64,000 nt of DNA, taken from NCBI GenBank assembly GCA_002269645.1, contig NIVC01000406.1, positions 446,724 through 510,723 on the forward strand. Reading direction: 5' to 3'. Below the pieces are notes generated by a model that saw nothing but the letters and a program-made list of their open reading frames with translations, had not been told where the DNA came from and did not search any database. Source of the stretch: Macrostomum lignano (lineage: Eukaryota). Positions 51,762 through 63,606 of this stretch are shown piece by piece (the stretch's first letter is position 1; each line of letters opens with the position of its first letter). Both the position numbers and the translations under genes were made by a program.

Positions 51762-52480
51762 CTAATGGCTGGACAGAATGTACACCATCTGCCAGTACTG
51801 GGACAGCTTGAAGAACGTGGCCTGCCTAGGATTCTGCGCCCTCTCCACCAGCTGAACCGTGTAAGCTTCGGCGAAAATTCTGTGCACGCACTCTTCAAAG
51901 GTGGCATGCGGCGGACCACCGTACTCACAGCGGTCGTACTCAACCAGCTCCATCAGTCACACGTGCTGCGTCTCGCACATCGCCTTCAAGCATCTCACGT
52001 ACCTGTCTCTGTCGGGAACGTCAATGGCGACCAGAGAGCCGCGATCCCACACCAGCTGGCACGACGACTTCAGCTCGGTCAGCAAGCTGTCTGAGAACAG
52101 GTCTCCCAGGTAGAACTTCAGCCTGCCGTCCGAGCTCTCCCAGCAATCGACGCCGGGACCAGTGGTCGACGACGCGACGGGTCGTCGCCGATCTGCGGGT
52201 TCTCCGACAGCAGGCGCTGCAGGGCCAGCTCGCTGATCTCGATGCCGCACACGGACGACACCTCGGGCCGGGACGCTTCGCACAGCGGCACCAGCACCGA
52301 CACGGCGTCTCTCTTGCCATCAGGCAGCTGCGACACCGCCTGAGACCTCCACTTGACCAGGCTTGGCGTCGGCTCGTCCTGGTGGAAGCCCTTAGTGAAA
52401 TCGTCCGCCCAGCACTTTTTTTCAACCGTCCAGGGCAAAGCGCCTGGACTCAACCTCAATTTTTTTTCACTCATGGTCAC
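51762..52480 (-). pseudogene. TPMT: TPMT copy 2, pseudogene
   Basis: Relative to copy 3: 24-nt in-frame deletion removing RDLAWLLA, a frameshift near 52160, and TGG->TGA at 51957-59. Confidence 0.85.
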
Positions 52481-53253
52481 TACAGAGACATGATAGGTAT
52501 CAACTTATGTTGTTTTTTTAATACGCTCATTTTTATGATTATAGTAAAAATCAAAAACATTAGCCTTTATCCAAACGAGCCCAGCCCCGATATACAATAG
52601 ACAGCATAGTCTAGTTTTCAAATCCAGTTACAAGTATTTTGGAGAACCAGATCCCTAAGATAAGTTTGAAAATTATCTTTACAAAATAGAAGAAATCTGC
52701 ATTAGTCAAATATTGCACAATAGTCTGTCTTTTAAATCAAGCGTTTATTGAAAGTTCCTTATTTCAAGTGTAAAAACCAAAACCGTGACGCTAAAAAAAT
52801 AAAAACAATGCATCAAGCGACGCTGAATCAAGTATGTTAAAACGATTTGTGAACAGACGAGTTCATTAAAACTTGAATGAATTTGAATAAACAGGATAGA
52901 ATAAAAATGCTACAAAAAAACTGCACAATAGGATGAAACAAGCTCTAGTTGTTTTAGATTATCCAAATCTCCTGAAATGGCTCAGTGCGTTACTTTTTAT
53001 TAAGCAAAATGTTTTAAAAAGTACTGCTTAACCAGCGTAAAAGTCATTTTACTGCTCAAATTCCAGCTAGAAAAAATACGCAAAAAAATTAGACACGATA
53101 CAAGGCTAATACAGAAATGGGTTCGCAGAGCCTTTGGCGTCAGGACTCGTCAGCATAAAAATGTAAACAAATTTCTATGCACCAAAAACGAAAAAAGAGC
53201 AACGCAGTTTTCGGCAATGAAAAAATCTGAATGTGTATTCACTTGTCTAAAAA

Positions 53254-53997
53254 TTAGTTTGTCCACGCCATGGTCAGGCAGTACAGCACACAGGCAAACT
53301 CGGACAGGCCGAACTCCTTAGCATCATCTGGACGCGAGCTGCACTCCAGCTTCTCCAGCTTGAAACTCTGGCCAAAGAGGCTGCGGGCGCACTCCTCTGT
53401 GATGGCGTGCGGCAGACCCGCGTACTTGCTGCGGTCGTACTCCACCAGCTCCATCAGCCACACGTGCTGCGTCTCGCACATCGCCTTCAAGCATCTCACG
53501 TACCTGTCTCTGTCGGGAACGTCAATGGCGACCAGAGAGCCGCGATCCCACACCAGCTGGCACGACGACTTCAGCTCGGTCAGCAAGCTGTCTGAGAACA
53601 GGTCTCCCAGGTAGAACTTCAGCCTGCCGTCCGAGCTCTCCCAGCACTCGACGCCGGGACCCACTAATCGACGACGCGACGGGTCGCCGCCGAGCTGCGG
53701 GTTCTCCGACAGCAGACGCTGCAGGGCCAGCTCGCTGATCTCAATGCCGCACACAGACGACACCTCGGGCCGGGCCAGCAGCCACGCCAGATCTCGGGAT
53801 GCTCCACACAGCGGCACCAGCACCGACACGGCGTCTCTCTTGCCCTCAGGCAGCTGCGATACCGCCTGAGACCACCACTTTACCAAGGCAGGAGTGACAA
53901 CCTCCTGGTGGAAGCCAATCTGACCCTCAGCCCAGATTTGGTCTTTCCAATTGTCTAGACTGGTGGAACGAGAATCCATGGCACTTTGATCACTCAT
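53254..53997 (-). CDS. TPMT: TPMT family protein, copy 3 (intact, intronless CDS, 247 aa)
   Basis: W..QIWAEGQIGFHQEVV, VLVPLCGASRDLAWL, VWDRGSLVAI, YAGLPHA. Confidence 0.93.
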   Translation of the reverse strand: MSDQSAMDSRSTSLDNWKDQIWAEGQIGFHQEVVTPALVKWWSQAVSQLPEGKRDAVSVLVPLCGASRDLAWLLARPEVSSVCGIEISELALQRLLSENPQLGGDPSRRRLVGPGVECWESSDGRLKFYLGDLFSDSLLTELKSSCQLVWDRGSLVAIDVPDRDRYVRCLKAMCETQHVWLMELVEYDRSKYAGLPHAITEECARSLFGQSFKLEKLECSSRPDDAKEFGLSEFACVLYCLTMAWTN

Positions 53998-55945
53998 CTT
54001 ATTGCTGAAATTTTCAGCATGTTATTTTCAAATAACATTTTCAATAGAAATGCTATTTTATATCATCAAAATCTTGCAGCTAATGACAATTTAGTGCAAC
54101 CTTCACATTTATTTGATTGTTAAAGTGAACTTGATTCATAACTGTAGCATACACATGCGTGACCACCCCCTGCCCAACCTACCCAAACCCCCTTATTCCT
54201 TCACATCCTGCACAGGCGCCTAATGGGAGCACTTGAGCGAGCATTTCAGCACACAAACACAAGGATCTATCCTCTTTGAGCAGCGAGACCACTGACAGCT
54301 GCAAACACAAAGATCAACGCCAACTTAGGAGAGAGTGCGCTTCACAATCATATCACCATGCTGGGCTACGAGACAAGCACACAGATGTATGCTAAAGGTT
54401 AGACTGTAGCCCAAAACTGCACAACTGTTGGAGTGACTTAGGACCTGCATCTTTACATAAGACTTGCAACTGTTATTGGTGGTTGTCTCTCCTTAGACAG
54501 AGGACAAAAAAATCAAAGGGGAACCAAGCAAATTTTCACCAAAATATAGCAGCCACACTCTATACCCCCTACCCCCTTTAGAATCTTTAAGAATCCACCT
54601 TCTCCCCTCAAAAAAAGTTCTAGTTGTACTACTAGGCTAAAAAGTATTAAAACTCTACTATTTAGGACCACTTGTTACAATATAATAGCTACTACAACAA
54701 AAGCCACCCAAACTTCATTAAGGCTTCTAAACCAAACTTAAACATAGAACTAACAAGCATAAAAATGGTACAAGCCAATAACTCTAAGTATTATAGGGTT
54801 ATAGGCATGCTTTTTACTGCTTTTTGTACTTTGAATAGTACATTTCTCTTTTTGTATTTGATGTAAGTTGATGGTCATCTTTTTATTACAAGTTTGTCTG
54901 CCATAAAATATTAAATACAAGGCCAATAATGTGTATATTATATTACAAAGAAATATATTAAACTGAATAGGCTATTGTTAGAATGATTTACCACTGGTAC
55001 AATAGTAGCTTCAATGCCCAAGTGGCAAGACATTGCTAACTATAAATTATATTTTCTAACGTGAGATTAGGCCTTTTCTATGATTAAAAGGTTCCTACTT
55101 CCTGGCTCAGTGGCTTTCTTTATAGAATTATAGTTTAACCACAATTTAAGAATATATCATTTTGATTTGTCTAAACAGCATATCTATATTTCTTAGAAAC
55201 TTCTCTTTTTTAATTGGCACTAGGCAAATCTGCCTTTTTCTTGCTTTACAATATGCTTTATTCTATTAAGCACTTTTTTTATTGACAAAAATATTTTCTG
55301 CCAAAAATGTTTTTGCTTTATAATCTTTGCTTTTAGACAAATAACTAAGAAAACAAAAAATTCATATGATTTTATTTTGTAAACCAAAAAGGTTAAAACT
55401 AGCCCTAGCCTAGGTAAAATAAAAAACAAGTTTTTTGCTCCTTTCATTTCTATATTTATATAAGCTTTAGGTGGTAAAGTGGCTTTTTATAAGATTGCAC
55501 CTAGTCAACTAATTTATAAAATATTGCATAGAAAAAACTTTGTGCTTAAAGTAAACAAATAATATTATAAAACCAATCTTAAGTTAATAACATTTGGCTT
55601 TGGCAAGAATTTAGACTTAGTTATTAATTTTAATATATAAAAACTTATTAATTTTTAGCCTTATAATAAGCCAAATTATGTCTATTTTGGATATTATCTC
55701 TTTTTACAAATTAGTATATCAGACTTAGTGCATAATGAATGAGCAGATACTAGAATTTATGTAGACCACATATTGATAATGTCCACATTGAAAATAGAAA
55801 CATACTATTGTTGCTATGGCTATATTGTGTACTTGCCATCTGGTAGGCCTAAGATTAAGGTATTGAGAAAAAATATTTAAAGTGCATTGGATTTTTGGAC
55901 TTAAAGACATTATTAGTTATTAGATTGGAATGTCTTGCTTTGACG

Positions 55946-56641
55946 GGGAGCACGAGAAATGCCCGCAGACGAATTGCCCGCCGAGATTTGCCCGCAGGAG
56001 ATTTGCCCGTGGAGATTTGCCCGCCGAGCTTTTCCCGCGGAGATTTGCCCGCAGTGCATTTTGCCCGTGAGCGAATTGCCCGTGGAGATTTGCCCGCCGA
56101 GATTTGCCCGCAGTGCAATTTTCCCGCGAGTGAATTGCCCGCGAGTGAATTGCCCGCCGAGTTTTTTCCCGCCGAGGTTTGCCCGCAATCCTTTTTTTGC
56201 AGCGCATTTGGCAGCTAGATTCTGTCCATACATTGCTCCCCCCAAAATATGCATTTGATATGCAGTTACTATCAAAACGTTTTGATCGTGTAAATCTCTT
56301 TATTAAGATTAACACGTACTAAGCATTGGGAAGGCAATGCAGACAAAATCTGCCGCGTGGCCAAATGCGCTGCAGGAAAAAGGATTGCGGGCAAATCTCG
56401 GCGGGAAAAAACTCGGCGGGCAATTCGCTCGCGGGCAATTCACTCGCGGGAAAATTGCACTGCGGGCAAATCTCGGCGGGCAATTCTCGGCGGGCAAATC
56501 TCCACGGGCAATTCGCTCACGGGCAAAATGCACTGCGGGCAAATCTCCGCGGGAAAAGCTCGGCGGGCAAATCTCCACGGGCAAATCTCCTGCGGGCAAA
56601 TCTCGGCGGGCAATTCGTCTGCGGGCAATTCTCATGGACCC
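55946..56641. mobile_element. Foldback-type non-autonomous Mutator/MULE-like element with 9-bp TSD
   Basis: Perfect TSD GCTTTGACG at 55937-55945 and 56642-56650; ends GGGAGCACGAG / rc GGGTCCATGAG; ~300-bp inverted arms built from ~15-bp (GAGATTTGCCCGC..) subrepeats. Confidence 0.88.
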
Positions 56642-57058
56642 GCTTTGACGCGCGGTTCTTGACTGAATACGGGTGGAAACACTTAAAAACACTAAAGTAC
56701 ATATTTGCCTTTTGTCTGCTCTAAAATTCAAAAAGTTTAAGCATCTAACTAATAAATTTTTTATTTCGATAACTTAATTGTTCGTTTGGTTTAATTTCTT
56801 AAATAATAATGGCTTTTTTGTTTCTATTTTCTTATTGAAAAATTTCAAACATTTGTCATTTCTACGAAACTTACAAAATTAAATAAATAGCTGCTAGGAC
56901 TCTCCGGGCATCCAGATGCAGCGTCAGCCGTCGTCGCCCATTTCGCTAAAAATAGGGCATAGGACACGGCCCAGTTCCGCGGTCTGCAAGAATGGACTTA
57001 GAGAATTAAAGCAAACATACATGTTATTTTACTTGTTTGAATTATGTATGAGTATGAG

Positions 57059-60000
57059 TAGGGGTAGGACGTGATCACGATCGTGATCACGATATCGTGA
57101 ATTCACGACCTTTTTCAGTGTCGTGAATTCACGAGTCGTGAAACATTTTTCACGTGCGTGATCGTGATTGTGGGTTTCTTTCAGCTTCAGATGTTACTAT
57201 GTTTATACTTTTCAGTTCCCCAAACCACAATCGTGTACAGTCCTAAATGTAGACTTACTTGGTTTTTGTTTTTCTTTTCAAATACAACGAATGTGTTTTA
57301 ACACAAAACTTACAGAATAGAGTTTTCAGTTTACTTTACTTAGTTCAGAAAGTTCGAAGTTAAAGTGGATTTTCGAAGTTCAAAGCTTACTGCCTTATTC
57401 TTTTCAATCTTTTGTTTATTTTGTAAAATGTAAAATTAAAACTGAAAAGCACTGAATGAAAATATAAATTGTATATATGTATGACTGTATATAAATTTCA
57501 CTACATGATAGTACATGACATGTACAGACAAGTGTTTGTTAACTTGCTTAGCTGCCTACAGAACTGAAAACAGTGAAAAGTGAAAAACAGAAAAGCTTAT
57601 CAGTGTATGAATATGAAGTATAAAAGAGTACATGTAGGTTTACTACTTTACTTTTACGTTCTACACATATAGTGTTATTACAATGACTAATTTAAGTCTA
57701 ATCTATACTATACTAGCTACATGCAAAAAATCATACTACAGAGTCTACAGACTACAGAGTACACAGCTACACACTATAGCAACAGTTATCTATTCCTTAT
57801 CGATAAACTTTTTCTTGTAGCTCCAACTCTACTTGTTCTATAGTCTTTGATTATTTATTTTCTCTATCATTATCTTGTCTCTCTGATCTCAATCTTCAAA
57901 AAAGTAAAACTAATCACTAATCAGCAATAACAGCAATGAATTGAATGGACCCTGCTCATTTCTCTATGGGTCAAACTTCCGAACATTATAGTTAATAAAA
58001 ACAAGCTTTTCAACGGTTTCGCCAAGCAGGCGACGTCGTTTCGGCTCGTAGATGTTTCCAACGTTGCTGAAGATACGCTCACTTGGAACACTGGTAGGTG
58101 GTGGTCCCAGAAATTTCCGAACAAGTGCTGACATTGCAGTTGATGGAGTCTTGTCTCTCCAGAACTTCATTGGGTCTTCCTCAAATGGAAGTCGAGGCTC
58201 TGATAGGTAGGCTGCCATTTCACGAGCCAACTTGTCCATAGCATTGCCTCTGTTTGAAACTGGCAGTAGCGTTCCGGCCCTAGACAGGTCACGCAGAGTT
58301 GCAGCTGCAGCACTAGAAGTAGAAGACTTCTCGAACAGGGCTGACATAGATAGCTGCTGAGGCTGAGACTCAGTTTGTCTAAAAAGGTGAAATTAAAAGT
58401 TAAAAGTTAAAACAAAGAGAACTTTGATATATTAGTTATAAAATTTATAACTTACAGATGTAGCAAATGTAATTTATAATTTAATTTTTTTGTTACATGT
58501 ACATGTACATTGAATTATGAAATAGAGGAAATACTCACGGCTCAGTTTCGATAGATACATCGGAGAGGTCCTCGTCTATGGCTGTATCGCCATCAACAGT
58601 AGGAAGAGAAGTTTCACGCAAAATTTCATTCATTGCTTTTACGAGCTCAGCCTTAGCAAAGTTGCGCTGCTCTTCATCGAAAAAATCTAGCCGGAAGCGT
58701 GGGTCTAACATCGTAGCAACAATGTGGTGGTGACTCTTTTTTTCGTCAGAGAAGCGTTGAGTCAACCCTTTCACCAGGTCGTCTCGAAGGTACGTGATGC
58801 CAAAGCAGTCTACCTGCTGCAGATGCTCCAGCGACACTTTCACCATCGGCAAGATACACGAGATGCTGGCAGTTTCCCTGCTGACTTCTAGCGTAAAAAC
58901 CTCAAAAATCTCAAGAAGTTTGACAGCTTTCTTTGAAACATCTGACTCATTGTCCGTCAGGATTTCAATTGGTCGGTGTCTGGTGCGATAGACACTAAAC
59001 GCTTCCTCTTGCTCGTTGATTCGGCGTAACATGGCTAGTGTTGAATTCCAGCGTGTGTCTACATCTTGCACGAGGCTGTGTGTTGGTAGCTTCAGCTGGA
59101 GCTGCAGTGTTTTGAGGTTTGCTTGAGCGGTTACAGAGTGGTGGAAGTGGCCAACAATGCTCCGTGCTTTGTCAAGTATTGTCTTCAGTCCTCGATGACC
59201 GGAGATGGAATCCTTAACAACAAGGTTCAGCTTGTGGGCAGCACAATGGGCAGATGGTACTTTCAGAAGTTCTCCTGCAAGCTTCATGTTGCTGGCCCCA
59301 TCACGCAGGAGGAGGCTGACTTGCTCTAAGCCAATGCCCCACTCACCAAGGGTTGTCGAAAAAACGGCCGAGATGTTAAGCCCAGTATGGGCATCAGTGA
59401 ATGGCTTTACGCACAGTAAAAGCTGCTTACGCTCAAAATCTGGCGTGATAGAATGGATTGTGAAGGACATGAGTGCCAACTGGCCGTCACTCCACAAGTC
59501 ACACGTGAAACCGAAATCTCGCAGTCTGTCTATTTCGTCCTGGACCTGCAATTTAATTTCTTCATAGAGAGTCTCTAGCTTGTCATGATAAAATCGAGTG
59601 CTCTTCAATCGATATTGCGGACATGCTTCTTTCAACAGATCGCGAAAGCCTTCACCTTCTACCACAGAGAATGGCTGTGAATCCAACACAATAAAGCGGA
59701 GAATTTTTCGATCAATTGCAACCGAACGAGGGTGCGAATCCGACCATTCTTGAGCATTTGCTTGAGCAAACATTGTGCTCAACTTCTGCTGCTTCAATGG
59801 TTGTGGTCCATCTTTACATTTTGGCTTTGCACGATCTGCCTCAGTGTTTAGGAGCTCTTTGAATTGAATTGGATGGCAGGATTCTATGTGTCTTCGCATG
59901 CTGCCTGTTGATCCTGTGTTTCGTAGAACCTCCTTCTTACAAGCTAGGCAAGCAGCAGAATTCTCTTTTCCTTCAACGTCTTTAAAGTACAACCACACAG

Positions 60001-61272
60001 CACTGCCTCTTCCTCGAGGTTGCTGGGTTGGCTTATCAACAGAGGCCATTGCAAATGAATGGCTGAAATTGTTTGATTTGTAAATTGTAAATTGTAATGT
60101 AATATTGTGTAATTGCCTATTTTAATTTGCTAGGTAGAAAAGCAAAGAAAAAACAAGTATTATATTATTTTAAATTAAAATATTTATTTATATTTTAAAT
60201 AAAATATTGCATAGTATAGCAGTATAGTGTAAATGTAAAGTCACTACAGACTTTAAAGTCAAATAGGCTAGAAAAAAATATTTTTAGACTAACCATATAG
60301 ATTAGAAATATACTACTATGCATCAGGCAATCAGGCATACATATTCAATATACCAGTGTACCACATGATAGTACTAGTACATAATAGTTAATACTATATT
60401 GAATATTGAATATTATTCATTATTCAATTCAATTCAAGAAGAAAAAGTATTTAATATTTGTGTTTGACTATTATTATTACTATTAACAAATGACAATAAC
60501 AATAGCAAATAACAATTTAATTTAGCATATCCATCAAGTATATTTGCTACTTAGTACTTAGACTTAGTCAACCTTAATTTTTAATTTACAGCAATTTATT
60601 TTAGTAAAAAAATACTATGCTTATATATTAAAAATTATTAGTTATAAATTATAATTACTAAATAACTATTAGACAATCAGATTATAAAATTATGCTCTAG
60701 TATCTACTATCTATCTGTATAGTATCTAATCTATTTATACATTATTATAGCATAAAAATAATAAGAAGAAAGAAAAACTCAAATATGCAAATTCATGATC
60801 AAAATGAAATGAAATTTTTGTTTTAACTATTTATTTAATACTAAATTCTAAAATAGTAATAGTAGCAAATACTACTTTTAAATTAAAAATTTAAAAATAA
60901 AAATACTAAATAGTTACAGCTTTCAGCTTAGTTTGAGCTTTGAGAAAGCCAAAAAGCAACACAAATGTCTAAGAAGTAAGAACTTCTTACTTCTCAGCCA
61001 GACTCTGAGTTCCTTCTCAACCAGAGAAGAAAGCCAGATGGGCAGATGCAGATGGTATAAGCTGATGGTATAGAAGCACTTAAAAATAGAATCAAACACA
61101 TTAACTGATAGAAAAATTCAAATTTGAAGAAAAAAAAACAAAATTTGAACGGAAATTTTTTACTTTTAATTTTTCACGAACCAATCACGATCACGATCAC
61201 GATCACGGCAAAGCTGAAATTATTCACGACTACTCACACCCGACCCAAAAATTTTTGCTCGTCCGACCTCTA
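57059..61272 (-). mobile_element. Full-length hAT (Ac/ZBED1-like) DNA transposon, 4214 bp
   Basis: Perfect 8-bp TSD AGTATGAG (57051-58; 61273-80); TIRs TAGGGGTAGGACG / TAGAGGTCGGACG; TCACGA/TCGTGA subterminal repeats at both ends. Confidence 0.96.
57964..60049 (-). CDS. hAT transposase with BED zinc finger and C-terminal dimerisation domain; two exons (60049-58539, 58378-57964), ~641 aa, no disruptions seen
   Basis: VWLYF..C..C..STGSMRRHIESCH (BED), TCDLWS, LRDGASNM, CAAHKLNL, QDVDTRWNST, PPPTSVPSERIFS; GTGAGT..TTTTTAG phase-2 intron joins the two ORFs in frame. Confidence 0.95.
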
Positions 61273-61782
61273 AGTATGAGTAAGAGTTATGTAAAGTGGC
61301 ATGCTATATATCTTTGTATACATATATATATATCGAAAAAACAATTAATAGTAGCAATGTAAATCAATCTTGGTGAGCAATGCAAAGCAATGCACTTTAC
61401 AATCTGCATGCTAAATTATATGTAGTGAAACCTGTAAAGAAAGGTTGCATTTTTTAATCAGAACAATATGGAATTGATCTAAGTACATATGACTTGGCCA
61501 AAAATTGCAAATGCAGCCTATTTCATTCAAATTTATTATAATTAATATTTTAAAGAAATATTGCATTGGAATAAAATTACATTTAGTAATATTTCACATC
61601 TAAAATTTTTATTACATATTAATATGATATATACATGTATAATATATAGCTTATGCTGCATGTTATTTTACATATTTTTTGCACATTATCTGCTTATTTT
61701 TTGCTATTTTCCACACGTTATTTTCCTCTTTTTAGTCAATTAAAAACATATAATATTAAGGTGGATATATATTTATATTATA

Positions 61783-62787
61783 TGAGGGGTGTCCCAAAAG
61801 TTGGTGCACTTTCTTCACTACAGTCTTTTTTGACTGATCAGAAATATTAAGTCTTTTGCAGTTGAAAAGAGAATTATCTGCCCATTAAAATGACGTTCTG
61901 TTTATTTCTGTATTTGCTGGCATTCTTGAGATATGAGCACTTTTCTGCCCCAACCCCTGTGCTACTTTTACAAATTGCTATAGACCAACCAAAGCTTTGT
62001 ACCTGATGCACGAAACAATGAAACATTCAACGAATCAACAAAACATCCACAACATGAAAGCTGAGGAAAGAACAGTCAAAAGTTAATCAACATTGTCCTA
62101 AGGCTTCTCTACATAGTCACCATTAGGTGCGCTGCACACTTCTGCCATTGGCTAGGGGAGGCCTATGCATGTTGTCAATGTCATTAATCAGCAAAATCTG
62201 AGCGCAGCATCTCATGAAAGAGAACTTGGCGAGTGCTTCCAGGCTCCCACGACAAGCTAAATTTGTCTATGCAGCAGCTTTTTCCTCTTTGGAAAGAAGG
62301 CAAAGTCAGCTGTTGAGAAATCTGGAGAGTAGGGTGGCAATGAGAGCAGCACAAAATTTGCCTGCTCAATTGTCTCCTCCGGTTTCTTGGCCATGTGGGA
62401 CGTGCGTTGTCAACATGCATAGCCGATGGCAGAAGTGTGCAGCGCACCCAGTGGTGATTATGTGGAGAAGCCTCAGGACAATGTTGATTAACTTTTAAAT
62501 GTTCTTTCCTTAGCTTTCATGTTGCGGATGTTTTGTTGATTTGTTGTATGCTTCATTGTTTCATGTATCAGGTACAAAGCTTTGGTCTATGGCAATTTGT
62601 AAAAGTAGCACAGGGGGTGGGGCAGAAAAGTGCTCATATCTCAAGAATGCCAGCAGATACAGAAATAAACAGAAAGTCATTTTAACGGGCAGATAATTCT
62701 CTTTTCAACTGCAAAAGACTTAATATTTCTGATCGGTCAGAAAAGACTGTAGTGAAGAAAGTGCACCAACTTTTGGGACACCCCTTG
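61783..62787. mobile_element. Tc1/mariner-type MITE with ~390-bp inverted arms, TA TSD
   Basis: TA+TGAGGGGTGTCCCAAAAGTTGGTGCAC ... GTGCACCAACTTTTGGGACACCCCTTG+TA; arms align to ~62180 / ~62405. Confidence 0.9.
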
Positions 62788-63198
62788 TATTATAATTTAG
62801 TACTTTTTATTTGTTTAGGGCCTACTATTGTAATAAAGAGTTATTGGACTCTTTTTAGGCAATGCCTAAAAATTCTTGCATGTCATACCATAGTTTGGAA
62901 GGCAACATGTATGTAGGGATTTCCTGATATACAACAAGGGTACTTGCAATTTTCAGCATATATTAGCATATATCTTAGCATACATAACACAGCAGAAACA
63001 TTGTATCAATGACACATTTTTTAGTTTTAGCATACAAATGAGGTCTCTTAATTTTTCTGGCATTGGACCTGGCATATACTAATATACAATCTAAACTATA
63101 AATGTCATAGTGGCATTAATAATAGTGCACACCAAAAGTTTTTGTTAATATCAAAAAATCTTAATGGCCTCTCTTGTGCATATTACTAGTACATATAG

Positions 63199-63606
63199 CA
63201 AGGGTTGGCAAACTCTGGCCTATAGGCCAGATGGCAGATGTGACCTGCAAAGCCTCTTTATCTAGCCTTGGGGTCTTTTGAATTTTCACAATTGCAATCT
63301 GGCCTACTCAAGGTTTGTGTTTCTTCTTAGTTATCTTCTCACCTCTCTTCTTATCTTTCCTGTCTTTTTCTCCTTTCCTCTTATCTCCTCTCATCTCTTT
63401 TCTTATCTCTTATTTCCTCTCCCTTCTCTCTCCTCTTCTTTCTCCTCTCTTCTCTTTTCTATTTTATTGCCTCTTCTCTCTTATCCTTCATTCATTAGCT
63501 GCTCCTTTTTCTTATTTCTCTTCCCTATTCTCTCTTTTCCTCTGGCCTGCAGTCATGCACTGGGTTATCCATCTGGCCCTTGAGGTAAAAAGTTTGCCAA
63601 GCCTTG
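63199..63606. mobile_element. hAT Charlie/Buster-type MITE, old, containing a CT-rich tract
   Basis: TIR CAAGGGTTGGCAAACT / rc CAAGGCTTGGCAAACT; degenerate 8-bp TSD ACATATAG / ATATTTAG. Confidence 0.72.

Noticed and set aside
51957-51959. Selenocysteine TGA in TPMT copy 2
   Set aside because: It replaces a Trp codon in a copy that already has a deletion and a frameshift; an ordinary nonsense mutation.
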